A stretch of 48,586 bases of DNA, from assembly GCA_964474015.1 (NCBI GenBank), contig CAYYRG010000001.1:1-48586 (forward strand). Direction: 5' to 3'. This document shows, one piece after another, positions 8,940 through 18,855 of this stretch. The translations under genes were made by a program, and so were the position numbers. The DNA comes from an uncultured Anaerolineaceae bacterium. GTDB taxonomy: Bacteria; Chloroflexota; Anaerolineae; Anaerolineales; DRMV01. Position 1 is the first letter of the stretch. Each line of letters opens with the position of its first letter. Below the pieces are notes generated by a model that searched no databases, was not told the origin of the DNA, and was given only the letters and a program-made list of their open reading frames with translations.

Positions 8940-9836
8940 TCATCCTTTCACGCCGCCTGCCGTCAAGCCTTCTTCCAGGAACCGCTCCAGCACCAGGAAG
9001 AGCAACACCACCGGTATCGTCATAATCGTCGAGGCCGCCATGACGACATTCGGCCGCGGGCTGGGGGCATTGAAAATGGCCTGGATTTTGATCGGCATCG
9101 TGAACATTTCGGGGCTGTTGAGGAACACAAAAGCATACAGAAATTCGTTCCAGGCAATCATGAACGTATAGACAAACACCGACACAAGCGCCGGAATGGA
9201 GAGCGGTAACGTCACCCGCCAGATGACTTCCAGCCGATTGCAGCCATCGATCAAAGCAGCCTGCTCAATTTCGTCGGGAATGGTGCGGAAGTAATTGGTG
9301 AGCATATAAAGCGCCACCGGCAATGTTTGAGCAAGGTAAGTGACCACCAACACGCCAAGGTTGTCTTGCACTTCGAAGCCCACAGCGTCGCCGACTTTGG
9401 CCACCATGGCAAAGAGCGGAATAATCAGCAATACCCCTGGAATAAGGTACACCGCCAGCACACCGTTGAGCATCAACTCTTTGCCCTTGAAACGCAAGCG
9501 TGCAATGGCATATGCCCCTAACACGCTCAAAATGACCGCAATCAACGCCGTAGGCACAGAGACCTTGAGGCTGTTGACGATGTTGCGCCCAAAATCCTGA
9601 AAATGCGGGGCGTTCGGGTCGAAGAGCTCTTTATATGCATCCAGCCTCAGCGCGTGAGGCACATACACAGGGTGCCGCCCTCCGATTTCCACCTGCGTTT
9701 TGAACGAAGAAGAAACCATCCAGTAAAAAGGGAACAGCACGCCCACCAAAAAGAACGTCAGCGTAATCAGCCATACGATCTTGCCCATGTTCATCCGCCG
9801 CGCCATATAGGTCAACACATTCTCGCGCTCGCTCAT
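8940..9836 (-). CDS. Carbohydrate ABC transporter permease (CUT1, MalG-like)
   Basis: Six TM segments and an EAA loop (EQAALIDGCNRLEVIWRVTLPL). Confidence 0.9.
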   Translation of the reverse strand: MSERENVLTYMARRMNMGKIVWLITLTFFLVGVLFPFYWMVSSSFKTQVEIGGRHPVYVPHALRLDAYKELFDPNAPHFQDFGRNIVNSLKVSVPTALIAVILSVLGAYAIARLRFKGKELMLNGVLAVYLIPGVLLIIPLFAMVAKVGDAVGFEVQDNLGVLVVTYLAQTLPVALYMLTNYFRTIPDEIEQAALIDGCNRLEVIWRVTLPLSIPALVSVFVYTFMIAWNEFLYAFVFLNSPEMFTMPIKIQAIFNAPSPRPNVVMAASTIMTIPVVLLFLVLERFLEEGLTAGGVKG

Positions 9837-9848
9837 TGCCGCTCCTCC

Positions 9849-10784
9849 TCAGGCTTCCTCATCGGAACGCATGACAAAGTGCAGGTACACAGCGATGAAC
9901 ACCACCAGGAATGCCACCAAAATCATCGCCGCCGCCGCACCGCGGCCGAAATCACGCAGGCGGAAACTGAACTCATACACCAAAATGGGCAAAACCTTGG
10001 TGCCAAAGCCGCCGCCCGTCAGCAAGAAAATATCGTCAAACTTGTTGAAAGTCCAAATCAGGCGCAGCAGAAACACAGCGCCCAGCACATAGCGCAGCTC
10101 CGGCACCGTGATATAGCGAAAACGCGCCCAAATATTCGCGCCATCCACTTCAGCGGCCTCATAGAGGCTCTTGTCGATGGCCTGCAGCCGCGCCAGAATC
10201 ATCAACATCGCAAAGGGGAAATAACGCCATGCGTCCAGCAAAATCACCACGACGAGGGCCAATCCCCGCTGGGAAAGATACGCCATGGGTGCGTGAATGA
10301 GTCCCAACCGCATGAGGATATCGTTCATCAATCCCGAAGGGCGTGGGTCCAAAATCCAGCGCCACACAAACGCCACGCTGACAATCGGCGCGACGTAGGA
10401 AAACAGAAAAGTAGCCCGCACCAGGCCGCGGCCGCGGAAAGGGCGGTTGAGCAACAGCGCGGCCACGAGGCCGCCGAGGAGGGCCAAAAACGTCGCGCTG
10501 AACGAATACACAATGCTGGTCAGCGCAGCCCCCATGTTTTGAATGCTATGATACTTGAAAGCGAAATCGGTGATCACACGCCTGTAATTTTCCAGGCCGT
10601 TGAAAGGCGCATGGAAAACGTCGTTCAAATTGTGTAACCCCACCGCGTGGAAACTAATCCACACACTGAAAAAAGCGGGAAAAATGACAAGACCAAACAC
10701 GATGATGAGCGTGGGTGCGAGCAAGGCCCACCCCAACCGCGCCTCCTGGGCGCGCAGCGACCGCCAGCGGGAAACCACAGACAT
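9849..10784 (-). CDS. Carbohydrate ABC transporter permease (CUT1, MalF-like)
   Basis: Multi-TM protein with an EAA loop (YEAAEVDGANIWARFRYITVPEL). Confidence 0.9.
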   Translation of the reverse strand: MSVVSRWRSLRAQEARLGWALLAPTLIIVFGLVIFPAFFSVWISFHAVGLHNLNDVFHAPFNGLENYRRVITDFAFKYHSIQNMGAALTSIVYSFSATFLALLGGLVAALLLNRPFRGRGLVRATFLFSYVAPIVSVAFVWRWILDPRPSGLMNDILMRLGLIHAPMAYLSQRGLALVVVILLDAWRYFPFAMLMILARLQAIDKSLYEAAEVDGANIWARFRYITVPELRYVLGAVFLLRLIWTFNKFDDIFLLTGGGFGTKVLPILVYEFSFRLRDFGRGAAAAMILVAFLVVFIAVYLHFVMRSDEEA

Positions 10785-10808
10785 AACTCACCTCGGCAAG
10801 GCAAAAAA

Positions 10809-10842
10809 GCCGAGGGATGGCTGCGTGCAGCCGTCCCTCGGC
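10809..10842 (-). terminator. Intercistronic stem-loop between the binding-protein and permease genes (partial terminator or mRNA stabiliser)
   Basis: Near-perfect hairpin of about 15 bp, gccgagggatggctg / cagccgtccctcggc, 17 nt downstream of the binding-protein stop. There is no clear U-tract. Confidence 0.5.
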
Positions 10843-10858
10843 CAAGAGCAAGAACGCG

Positions 10859-12310
10859 TTACTTCTTCTGGTTCTTCCGGTCGGCGTAGAGCTGCTCCAC
10901 TTGCTGCTGGAGCCACTGGGCGCCTTCCTCGGGCGTCATACTGCCTTCCAAAGCAATGTTGCTGATGACCTGCGGAATGAGCAACCGGCCCTCGATGTCA
11001 CCAATTACGGCGCGCTCAGTGGCGTTGTAATCGGGGCGGAAGAGCCAGCGTTGCATGTGGTCGTAGCCGTTGGCAATTTCATCCAGCGTTTCGGGGCTGT
11101 AATACTGGAAGTACTTGCTCAACCCCTTCCAGCCATCCACGGCACTTTTGAGCACCGGCACCTTGCCAAACGGCGCCAGGGCCAGGATGTCCTGATAGTT
11201 CTGGCCTGTCATGAAGAATTTGACCACATCGGCAGCAACCGGGTCAGCACCTTTCATGAGGCCCAAAGTCACCAACTGGCCATAAGTGGCCTGGCCATTC
11301 GGGCCTTGCATCACCGGTGCGAAACCGGTCTTCTTGGCGAGATCGGGCACGGCCAGCTGAATCTTCCCGCCGCCTTCTTTGCCAGAGCCTTCGACCAGGT
11401 CGTCCATGATATAGGTGGAGTAGAAAAGCATCCCCGACTGGTCGAGCTCATACATTTCACGAGCACCCCGCCAATATTGCGGGCCAGGGGCGGCACAGCG
11501 TTGCAGGCCGGTGTAGAACTTCAGGGCTTCCACCATATTGGGGGTATTCATCGTCACATTGCCCTGGTTGTCAAACGGCCAGGCGTCGTTCGACATGGCC
11601 ACCTGCTCGAACACCTGCTGCGGGTAGTTCTGGCCGGGGTCGGTGGGCAACACCAGGGCATACAGCAAGTTTTCCGTGCCCGGCAACTTGTCGCAGGCAG
11701 CGTTGATGTCGTCCCAGGTGATGGGCGGCTTCAGACCCAGCTGGTCAAAGATATCTTTGCGATACCAAATGGCCTGAATCCAGCCGTCGTAAGGCACAGC
11801 GGCGTATTTGCCAGTAGCGGGGTCGGTAACCATCTGCAACGGGCCGGCGCGGAAGTCATCCTTCCCGATGGCGTCAATGGCTTTCGTCGCCAAATCTTCA
11901 TCCAAAATGCCGTCGGCGGCAAAGGCGGCAACCCGCTCCACGCCCATGCGCACAATGTCGGGCAAGCGGTTGGCTGCCTGGGCTGTGGCAATCCGCTGGC
12001 TGATGGTGGCCTCGTCGATCGGCACAATGCGAATTTCCACGTCGGGGTGCAACTTCATGTAACGGTCGGCCACCGCTTCATATTGTTTGACCCGCTCTTC
12101 TTCGTTGTCGGTGGTCCAGAATTCGATGATGTGGGTCGGCTTGGTTTGGACTTCCTTGGTGACGACCACTTCCTGCGTGACCACCTGCGTAACCACTTCC
12201 TTGACCTCTTTGGTGACCACGACGGTGGCGGGCGACTGTTGTCCGCAGGCGACCAGCACCATGCTCAACACCAACAGCAGCCCAAAAAGGACGTAAAGTT
12301 TGCGTTTCAT
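10859..12310 (-). CDS. ABC transporter extracellular solute-binding lipoprotein (family 1, sugar)
   Basis: Lipobox LVACG followed by a repetitive VVTKEV/VVTQEV linker. Size and composition are typical of CUT1 binding proteins, and it sits in an operon with two CUT1 permeases. Confidence 0.85.
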   Translation of the reverse strand: MKRKLYVLFGLLLVLSMVLVACGQQSPATVVVTKEVKEVVTQVVTQEVVVTKEVQTKPTHIIEFWTTDNEEERVKQYEAVADRYMKLHPDVEIRIVPIDEATISQRIATAQAANRLPDIVRMGVERVAAFAADGILDEDLATKAIDAIGKDDFRAGPLQMVTDPATGKYAAVPYDGWIQAIWYRKDIFDQLGLKPPITWDDINAACDKLPGTENLLYALVLPTDPGQNYPQQVFEQVAMSNDAWPFDNQGNVTMNTPNMVEALKFYTGLQRCAAPGPQYWRGAREMYELDQSGMLFYSTYIMDDLVEGSGKEGGGKIQLAVPDLAKKTGFAPVMQGPNGQATYGQLVTLGLMKGADPVAADVVKFFMTGQNYQDILALAPFGKVPVLKSAVDGWKGLSKYFQYYSPETLDEIANGYDHMQRWLFRPDYNATERAVIGDIEGRLLIPQVISNIALEGSMTPEEGAQWLQQQVEQLYADRKNQKK

Positions 12311-12381
12311 CTTGCTTTCCTCCTCATCTCTCGCTCAAACGAAAAAGGTAAAAAAAACACCAACCAGATGTCGTGCGGGCA

Positions 12382-13428
12382 TCACCTCCTTTCGGGTAGC
12401 GTCGACTGCCGAACAACGAATTGGGGTTTCAGCAAAACCTGGCGCTCGGCCAGGGGATGACCTTCGACCAAATCGATCAACATGGAAGCCACCCGCTTGC
12501 CGATCTGGTAAATAGGCTGGTGCACGGTCGTCAGCGGGGGGAAAGTGTGCTGGGCCAGAGGAATATCATCGAAACCGCTGATGGCAATTTCGCGCCCGAT
12601 TTTCAAGCCGCGCTCCTGCGCGGCGCGCATCGCGCCAATGGCCATCAAATCATTGCCGCAAGCCAACGCTGTGGGGGGGGCAGGGAGCATCAATAACTCT
12701 CGAGCCAGGGCATAGCCGCTTTGCTCGGTCAGCGCGCCAATTCGCAAATACGCCTCATCCAATGCCAGGCCGCGCTCGGCCAGGCCGCGGCGCAGGCCTT
12801 CCAGCCGGTGCTGGGCGAACATCAAATCCAACGGCGGGGAAAGATAGCCAATGCGGCGATGCCCCAGGTCTGCCAGATGATGGGCAATCTGCCGCATACC
12901 TTCCACGCCGTCCTCATCCACGTAGGGGAAATCATTGGCCTCGGCGGTGCGCCCAAAGGCCACAAAGGGGAAGCCAATTTGCTGCAGGAAGCGGATACGC
13001 TCATCGCGCGCCCGCGTGCGGATGATGATGAAACCATCGACTCGCCGCCCCAACGCCGCTTTACGATAAGCCGCCATTTCTTCCTCGCCCGGGGCGCGCG
13101 TGGAAAGCAACAAATCATAACCCCGCTCGGCGGCCTGATTGCCCACACCGGCCACAAACTCGCTGAAAAACGGGTCGGAAAAACGCGGTCCAAAGGTGGG
13201 CAAAATCAGCCCCAGGGTTTCGGCGCGCTGCTTCTGCAGGCGCTGCGCCATGACGTTGGGGGTATAGCCCATTTCCCGGGCCACACGCTGCACCAGTTCG
13301 CGGGTTTCCGGCGCCACATCGGAATAACCGTGCAAGGCGCGCGACACGGTCGTCACCGACTTTCCCACCCGGCGGGCAATGTCTTTAATCGTCACAGCAT
13401 CAGCCACGGCAACCACCTGCTCTTCCAA
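12382..13428 (-). CDS. LacI-family transcriptional regulator
   Basis: N-terminal HTH VTIKDIARRVGKSVTTVSRALHG plus a periplasmic-binding-protein-like core. The exact start is uncertain: TTG 13428 on the ORF track, or in-frame GTGs at 13416 and 13407 (the latter has AGGTGG upstream). Confidence 0.9.
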   Translation of the reverse strand: MEEQVVAVADAVTIKDIARRVGKSVTTVSRALHGYSDVAPETRELVQRVAREMGYTPNVMAQRLQKQRAETLGLILPTFGPRFSDPFFSEFVAGVGNQAAERGYDLLLSTRAPGEEEMAAYRKAALGRRVDGFIIIRTRARDERIRFLQQIGFPFVAFGRTAEANDFPYVDEDGVEGMRQIAHHLADLGHRRIGYLSPPLDLMFAQHRLEGLRRGLAERGLALDEAYLRIGALTEQSGYALARELLMLPAPPTALACGNDLMAIGAMRAAQERGLKIGREIAISGFDDIPLAQHTFPPLTTVHQPIYQIGKRVASMLIDLVEGHPLAERQVLLKPQFVVRQSTLPERR

Positions 13429-13440
13429 AACGATTTGGAA
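13423..13440. promoter_or_regulatory. Candidate LacI-family operator
   Basis: TTCCAAAACGATTTGGAA, an 18-bp palindrome with 2 mismatches and a central CG. It lies immediately downstream of the lacI-operon -10 box. Confidence 0.55.
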
Positions 13441-13450
13441 ACACGCTTAC

Positions 13451-13479
13451 ATTATAGAGAAAGGAAAATGCTTTGTCAA
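13451..13479 (-). promoter_or_regulatory. Consensus sigma70 promoter of the lacI-sugar ABC operon
   Basis: Minus strand: TTGACA (13479-13474), 17-nt spacer, TATAAT (13456-13451). Confidence 0.65.
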
Positions 13480-13484
13480 GGCGC

Positions 13485-13513
13485 TTGACCTCCCCCCGCT
13501 TCAAGACTACAAT
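13485..13513 (+). promoter_or_regulatory. Sigma70 promoter of ffh
   Basis: TTGACC (13485-13490), 17-nt spacer, TACAAT (13508-13513), back-to-back with the lacI promoter. Confidence 0.6.
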
Positions 13514-13545
13514 CTGGGCACAACCTCTCTTCTGCGAGGATGCTC

Positions 13546-14865
13546 ATGTTTGAAACCCTGACCGAACGGCTCAATCAGGTCTTCTCTCAACTCAAGCGGC
13601 GCGGCAAACTTTCCGAGCGCGACGTCGACGCCGCCATGCGAGAAGTCCGGCTGGCGCTGCTGGAAGCCGACGTGCACTACAAGGTCGTCAAAGATTTCGT
13701 CGCCCGGGTGCGCGCCCGCGCCGTCGGCCACGAAGTTTCACGCGCGCTTAACCCCGCCCAGCAGGTCATCAAAATTGTTCACGAAGAGCTCATTGCCACC
13801 CTGGGCGAGCCCGCCCCGCTGGCGCTGAGCGGCCCCAAACCGCGCAGCATCATGCTGGTCGGCCTGCAAGGCTCTGGCAAAACGACCACCGCGGCCAAAC
13901 TGGCGCGCTTCCTGCGCAAACAGGGCGAGCGGGTGATGTTGGTGGCCGCCGACCCCTACCGGCCCGCGGCGGTACAACAACTGCAAACTCTCGGCAAACA
14001 ATTAGACATTCCGGTTTTCTACGAAGAAGGCGTCGCCCCGCCCGACCTGGCCGTACACGCCCAGAAAAAAGCCGCTGCGGGCGGCTTTAGCGTGATGATT
14101 TTAGACACCGCGGGCCGTTCACAACTGGACGACGCCCTGATGGACGAAATCCGTGCCATTGCCGACCGCATCCACCCCGCCGAAGTGTTGCTGGTGGTGG
14201 ACGCGATGATCGGCCAGGAGGCCATCCACGTTGCCAGCGGCTTCAAAGAAGCCGTGCCCCTCACCGGCCTGATCTTCACCAAAATGGACGGTGACGCACG
14301 CGGCGGCGCAGCGATTTCCGTCCGCAGCGTCACGGGCGTGCCCATCAAATTCCTCGGCACGGGCGAACAACTGGACGCCCTGGAAGCCTTCGACCCTGGC
14401 CGCCTTGCCAGCCGCATCTTAGGCATGGGCGACATCATCGGCCTCATCGAGCGCGCCGAAGAAGCCCTCGACGAAGAAGAAGCCGCCCGCCAGGCCGAGC
14501 GGATGCTTTCCGGCAACTTCACCCTTGAAGATTTCGCCCAGCAACTGCGGCAACTGCGCAAACTTGGACCGTTGGGGCAATTGCTGGATATGCTCCCCGG
14601 CCAGTTAGGGCAAGCGGCACGGCAAATTTCCCCCCAGGAAGCCGAAAAGCAACTCAAAATCACCGAAGCCATTCTCAACTCCATGACCCCCGAAGAGCGG
14701 CGCAACCCCAACATTCTCAACGCCAGCCGCCGCCGCCGCATTGCCCGCGGCTCAGGCACCACCGTTCAAGACGTCAACCAGCTGATGAAGCAATATCGCC
14801 AAATGCGCCGCATGTTCAAAACGCTGAAGAAAACCGGCTTTCGCGGCCTTGGTTTGCCCTTCTAA
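13546..14865 (+). CDS. ffh: Signal recognition particle protein Ffh
   Basis: MFETLTERL N-terminus. GTPase motifs GLQGSGKTTT, DTAGR, TKMDGDARGG. Met-rich M domain. GAGGA lies 6 nt upstream of ATG 13546; the ORF-track start at 13540 is 2 codons longer. Confidence 0.96.
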   Translation: MFETLTERLNQVFSQLKRRGKLSERDVDAAMREVRLALLEADVHYKVVKDFVARVRARAVGHEVSRALNPAQQVIKIVHEELIATLGEPAPLALSGPKPRSIMLVGLQGSGKTTTAAKLARFLRKQGERVMLVAADPYRPAAVQQLQTLGKQLDIPVFYEEGVAPPDLAVHAQKKAAAGGFSVMILDTAGRSQLDDALMDEIRAIADRIHPAEVLLVVDAMIGQEAIHVASGFKEAVPLTGLIFTKMDGDARGGAAISVRSVTGVPIKFLGTGEQLDALEAFDPGRLASRILGMGDIIGLIERAEEALDEEEAARQAERMLSGNFTLEDFAQQLRQLRKLGPLGQLLDMLPGQLGQAARQISPQEAEKQLKITEAILNSMTPEERRNPNILNASRRRRIARGSGTTVQDVNQLMKQYRQMRRMFKTLKKTGFRGLGLPF

Positions 14866-14877
14866 CCCCCTGTTGCC

Positions 14878-15861
14878 ATGCCTCCCCTCCCCCCCGACAC
14901 CCTGCTGCACCAGCGCTATCGCATCCGCCGTGTGATTGGACAGGGCGGCATGGGCAACGTCTACCTGGCCGAAGACACCCGCCTCGCGGGTCGCCTGTGC
15001 GCGGTCAAGGAAGTCGCCCACGACCCCGCCCTTCCCTCGCACCTGCTGGAAGAGGCCCGCGCCCAGTTTTTGCAGGAAGCCACCGTCCTGGCGCGCCTCG
15101 ACCACCCCAACCTTCCCAAAGTTTCCGACTTCTTCTCGGAAGGCCGCCGCGACTACCTTGTGATGGATTTTGTGCCGGGGAAAGACCTGCACACCCTCAT
15201 CGAGGAAGCCCGCTATGCCGGGCACTTCTTGCCCGAAAAACAGGTGCTGGCATGGGCCGGCCAGCTGGCCGATGCCCTGACTTACCTCCACAGCCAGAAC
15301 CCGCCCATCATTCATCGCGACATCAAGCCCGGCAACCTCAAACTGACCCCCGGCGGCGTGATCAAACTGGTCGATTTTGGTCTGGTGAAAGTGCTGGAAT
15401 CGGACGAAGTGACGGTCACGGTGGTGCAAGGGCGCGGCACGGCGCTCTACACCCCCCTGGAACAATATGGCGGCGACACCGGCCGCACCGACGCCCGCAG
15501 CGACATTTACGCCTTCGGCGCAACCCTCTATCACCTGCTGACCAATCAACCGCCGCCCTCAGCCCGCGACCGCTTTCTCAACCCCGGCATCTTCCGCCCG
15601 CCACGGGCTTTCAACCCCGAAATCAGCCCCCGCACCGAGCGCGCCATCCTGTGGGCCATGCGCCTGCACCCCGACGAGCGCCCCGAAAGCGTCGAAGCCT
15701 TTCGGGAAGCCTTGCTGGGCGGCTGGATGCCCAACTACGTCACTGCTCCCCCTGTACCGTCGGCCACCTGGGCTGACCTCTTCGCCGCCCCCACCGAACG
15801 CGCGCTGACCTGGGCGGCCATCTTGCTCGCCCTGGTCGGCCTGGTGCTCACCCTACGCTGA
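14878..15861 (+). CDS. Ser/Thr protein kinase with a single C-terminal TM anchor
   Basis: Hanks kinase motifs [25 protein letters not shown] and the APE region. The C-terminal hydrophobic helix is [17 protein letters not shown]. Confidence 0.9.
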   Translation: MPPLPPDTLLHQRYRIRRVIGQGGMGNVYLAEDTRLAGRLCAVKEVAHDPALPSHLLEEARAQFLQEATVLARLDHPNLPKVSDFFSEGRRDYLVMDFVPGKDLHTLIEEARYAGHFLPEKQVLAWAGQLADALTYLHSQNPPIIHRDIKPGNLKLTPGGVIKLVDFGLVKVLESDEVTVTVVQGRGTALYTPLEQYGGDTGRTDARSDIYAFGATLYHLLTNQPPPSARDRFLNPGIFRPPRAFNPEISPRTERAILWAMRLHPDERPESVEAFREALLGGWMPNYVTAPPVPSATWADLFAAPTERALTWAAILLALVGLVLTLR

Positions 15862-15879
15862 GCCGCGCAGGTATGCCTT

Positions 15880-16617
15880 TCACTTTTCTTCCTTTTGCTG
15901 CCGGTTGCGCCGAAAATCCACAAAACGATAGCCCACGCCTCGCTCGGTGAGGATGTATTTGGGGTGAGAAGGATCCTCTTCCAGTTTCTGGCGCAGGTAG
16001 TTGATATAAAGGCGCACGTAGTGGTATTCGTCGCGATACTCATACCCCCACACGCGCGTCAACAGCTGCTCATAAGTCATCACCCACCCTGCATTCTGCA
16101 CCAAATGATACAGCAGACGGTACTCCGTCGGGCGCAACTTGACCAGTTTGCCATCGACCCATACCTCGCGGCGGTCGAAGTCGATTTTCAAGCGGTCATC
16201 CACCTCAATGACCCCGTGTAGCGGGCCGCGCACAGCCTCAGTGCGCCGCAGCACGGCTTTGATGCGGCTGACCAATTCCCGCGTGCTGAAGGGCTTGGTA
16301 ATGTAATCGTCTGCGCCCAATTCCAGGCCGCGCACGATGTCCTCTTCTTCTCCCTTGGCCGTGAGCATAATGACCGGCACTTCGCTAATTTCCCGCAGCA
16401 CCCGCAGCACTTCAAACCCGTCGCGGTCGGGCATCATGACGTCCAATAACACCAGGTCAGGGAAACCCTCTCGCACCTGGTCGAGGGCTTCCCGCCCATT
16501 CGCGGCTTCCAGCACTTCGAAGCCATCGTATTCCAGGTTAAGGCGGATGAACCGGCGCATCCGATCTTCATCATCCACGATCAGGATGCGGTAAGGGCGC
16601 TTTTGTTCTTCTGGCAT
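15880..16617 (-). CDS. OmpR-family response regulator (last gene of the signalling operon)
   Basis: [39 protein letters not shown], and winged helix [11 protein letters not shown]. Confidence 0.93.
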   Translation of the reverse strand: MPEEQKRPYRILIVDDEDRMRRFIRLNLEYDGFEVLEAANGREALDQVREGFPDLVLLDVMMPDRDGFEVLRVLREISEVPVIMLTAKGEEEDIVRGLELGADDYITKPFSTRELVSRIKAVLRRTEAVRGPLHGVIEVDDRLKIDFDRREVWVDGKLVKLRPTEYRLLYHLVQNAGWVMTYEQLLTRVWGYEYRDEYHYVRLYINYLRQKLEEDPSHPKYILTERGVGYRFVDFRRNRQQKEEK

Positions 16618-16628
16618 AGCGATTCTGT

Positions 16629-16871
16629 TTACTCCCGCACGAAGCCAATGATCTCGGCTTCTTCGGCGCTGGGCATGACCTCAATCACGGTGATGCGGCT
16701 GAGGGGAAGGATAATGGTGGAAACCTCGGGGTCAAGGTAATGGATGTCCTTGCCATCCCGTCGTCGGGGGTTGTTGAGCACGATGAGAGTGTCCTGAGGG
16801 CCCGGCATCTCGTCCACCTCGCCGGCAATGGGTTCCTCGTTAGGAATATGCAAAACAAGCGTCACGGCCAT
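16629..16871 (-). CDS. Hypothetical 80-aa acidic protein
   Basis: ORF packed tightly between the FHA gene (3-nt gap) and the regulator gene (11-nt gap). I recognise no motif. Coding is inferred from the packing and the absence of an alternative frame. Confidence 0.6.
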   Translation of the reverse strand: MAVTLVLHIPNEEPIAGEVDEMPGPQDTLIVLNNPRRRDGKDIHYLDPEVSTIILPLSRITVIEVMPSAEEAEIIGFVRE

Positions 16872-16874
16872 AGG

Positions 16875-17393
16875 CTACTTTCCTTCATCGGTAGAAACGG
16901 GCTGAATGAGCACCTGGAAGACGAGTTTACCCAAAGCGACAATGTCGCCATGCTGCAAAGGGTGGGGGGTGTTGGGGAGGATTTTGATGCCGTTGACCCG
17001 GGTTCCGTTGGAAGAGCCCATATCGGTAATGGTCAACCGGCCATGAGCATCCATGCGTAAAGCAGCATGCAGACGAGAAACGCCCTGCTCATAGGCATTG
17101 TAAGCCGTCAGGTCGACGTCGGGCACCACAGCCTGCCCCGAGGCCAGCCGTCCCAGGGTCCACTCCTGGCCGCTTTCCAGAAAAATGCGCTGGCCGCTTT
17201 CCACAAGAAAGAGCACAATGCGGGCGCCCTGGCCGGGGGCTTCAGAGCGGAAGTTTTCCGACGTGGGCAGCCAGGTATCTTCGCCCACGGTCAGGTTTTG
17301 CGTCGTGGCAGGGACGTAAAGGGGTGCACCACATTCGCTGCAATACAGCGCGCCATCGTAGTTTTCGTGTTGACAGGCAGGACAACGAATCAT
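16875..17393 (-). CDS. Zinc-ribbon plus FHA domain protein
   Basis: N-terminal CPACQHEN...YCSECG zinc ribbon. FHA signature WTLGR...GVSRLHAAL...[14 protein letters not shown]. Confidence 0.9.
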   Translation of the reverse strand: MIRCPACQHENYDGALYCSECGAPLYVPATTQNLTVGEDTWLPTSENFRSEAPGQGARIVLFLVESGQRIFLESGQEWTLGRLASGQAVVPDVDLTAYNAYEQGVSRLHAALRMDAHGRLTITDMGSSNGTRVNGIKILPNTPHPLQHGDIVALGKLVFQVLIQPVSTDEGK

Positions 17394-18844
17394 AAGCCTT
17401 CTTCCCTTTCAGGCGCAATCAAGGCACGGGTGCCGAACTTGATGGCCTTTTCGCCTGCTTCTGAGAGCGTATGGGTCATACGGAGCGATTCCACCTCTTT
17501 TTGCACAGTGCGAGCGAGCCGCGGCTGCCCGGCCATCAAGAGACGGCTGGCCAGGCGTTCGAGGCGGCGCGTTGCCCGGTCGATCTGACCGTTTTTGACA
17601 TCGGCGCGGGCTTTTTCTTGCATCCGGTAGAGGGTCAGCCGCCCCATGGCTTCGACCAGTTCCGCGGGAGGGCTGGTCAGGTCGGCTTCATCGCGCAGAG
17701 GCAGGGACAAGTGGAAAGGCCGCTCCCACGGCGCCGTATGGCCGTTCAACAGGCGGGCGCGCAAATGTCCCATCAGCAGGCCATGCGTATCGGCTTGCAG
17801 TTCTGGCGGCTGCACCAGCAGTTCCAGCAGCACCTCCAGTTTGCCCTCCCGCGGCACGTATCCCCACACCATGGGCGTTTGCAGGGCAAGGGGCGCGGGG
17901 ATAGGCGTCAGGCGAAACGCATATTGCAATTCTACCCCTGCCCCCAGTTGAAAGTCCAGCCGCACCTGTTCGGCAAAGCGGTCGCCCATGCCGCGGAAAT
18001 GGGCTTCCAAAAAGGCTTCGATATCCCGGGTAGACGTCACCAAATGGGCGCTGCCGCCGGTGATAGCAGCCAGTTTGTCAAGGAAGGCATCGTTCCACTT
18101 GCTGCCCAGTCCCAGGCCGCTGATGACAATGCCGCGCTGCCGTGCCTGCTCGGCCAGGCGATAGCACTTTTCTTCATCGCCATAGGTATGGCCGTCGGTG
18201 ATGAGCACGATGTCGTTGAGGTTGTCGGGCGAGTAGAAACGCCCCACCTGCCGGTAGGCCGCCTGCAGCCCGCGAAAGATTTCAGTGCCGCCAAAAGCGT
18301 CGATGGCCGCGATGCGTTGCCTGAGGAAGTCTTTTTGCTGCCCCCGCGTGGCCGGAATGACCACCTCGGCGCGGTCGTTGAAGGTGACCACCGAGAAAAT
18401 ATCGTCCGCGCGCAGCTCGTCGATGAGCATTCCAGCCGCGCGTTTGACGGCAGCCAATCGCGCGCCTCCCATCGAGGTCGAACGGTCCAACACCAGGCAC
18501 ATATTCAGAGGGGGGCGCTGCTTCTGTTGCAAAGCCGCGGCCGAGGGGCGCAAGGTCACCAGGGCATAAACCAGTTGCGGCTCGTTCACCCGCAGCAAAC
18601 TGGCCCGGCTGGTGCCGATTTGCACCAGCAATGGCTCAGGCGGCAGGGTGGCATCATATTCAGCCCGCTTCAGACTATCGGAAAGCACCTCATAGGCTTC
18701 CTGCACCTGCAGGAAGATTTCATGCGCTTCCGGATCAGGCGCGACATCGGGGTGATATCGCCGCACCAGCGCCAGGTAGGCTTTCTTGATTTGCTGTGGC
18801 GTCGCATCTCGCGGAACACCTAAAATCTGATAGTAATCCTGCAT
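17390..18844 (-). CDS. J-domain (DnaJ-like) / von Willebrand factor A domain protein
   Basis: J domain DYYQILGV...YHPD (HPD present). vWA domain with [13 protein letters not shown]...ITDGHT. The C-terminal region of about 200 aa is unassigned. Its stop overlaps the FHA gene start by 4 nt. Confidence 0.9.
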   Translation of the reverse strand: MQDYYQILGVPRDATPQQIKKAYLALVRRYHPDVAPDPEAHEIFLQVQEAYEVLSDSLKRAEYDATLPPEPLLVQIGTSRASLLRVNEPQLVYALVTLRPSAAALQQKQRPPLNMCLVLDRSTSMGGARLAAVKRAAGMLIDELRADDIFSVVTFNDRAEVVIPATRGQQKDFLRQRIAAIDAFGGTEIFRGLQAAYRQVGRFYSPDNLNDIVLITDGHTYGDEEKCYRLAEQARQRGIVISGLGLGSKWNDAFLDKLAAITGGSAHLVTSTRDIEAFLEAHFRGMGDRFAEQVRLDFQLGAGVELQYAFRLTPIPAPLALQTPMVWGYVPREGKLEVLLELLVQPPELQADTHGLLMGHLRARLLNGHTAPWERPFHLSLPLRDEADLTSPPAELVEAMGRLTLYRMQEKARADVKNGQIDRATRRLERLASRLLMAGQPRLARTVQKEVESLRMTHTLSEAGEKAIKFGTRALIAPEREEGL

Positions 18845-18855
18845 GGCGTCTCCCC

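Noticed and set aside
8678-8943. Small ORFs inside the large intergenic spacers: 8678..8929(+), 8704..8943(-), 22573..23052(+), 22623..22886(+), 38290..38640(-), 38366..38557(+).
   Set aside because: They lie within the repeat-family copies. The reading frame is not conserved between copies (the same DNA yields CHCEPRRGEAIS in one copy and SLRAAVRRSNL in another). None has an RBS.
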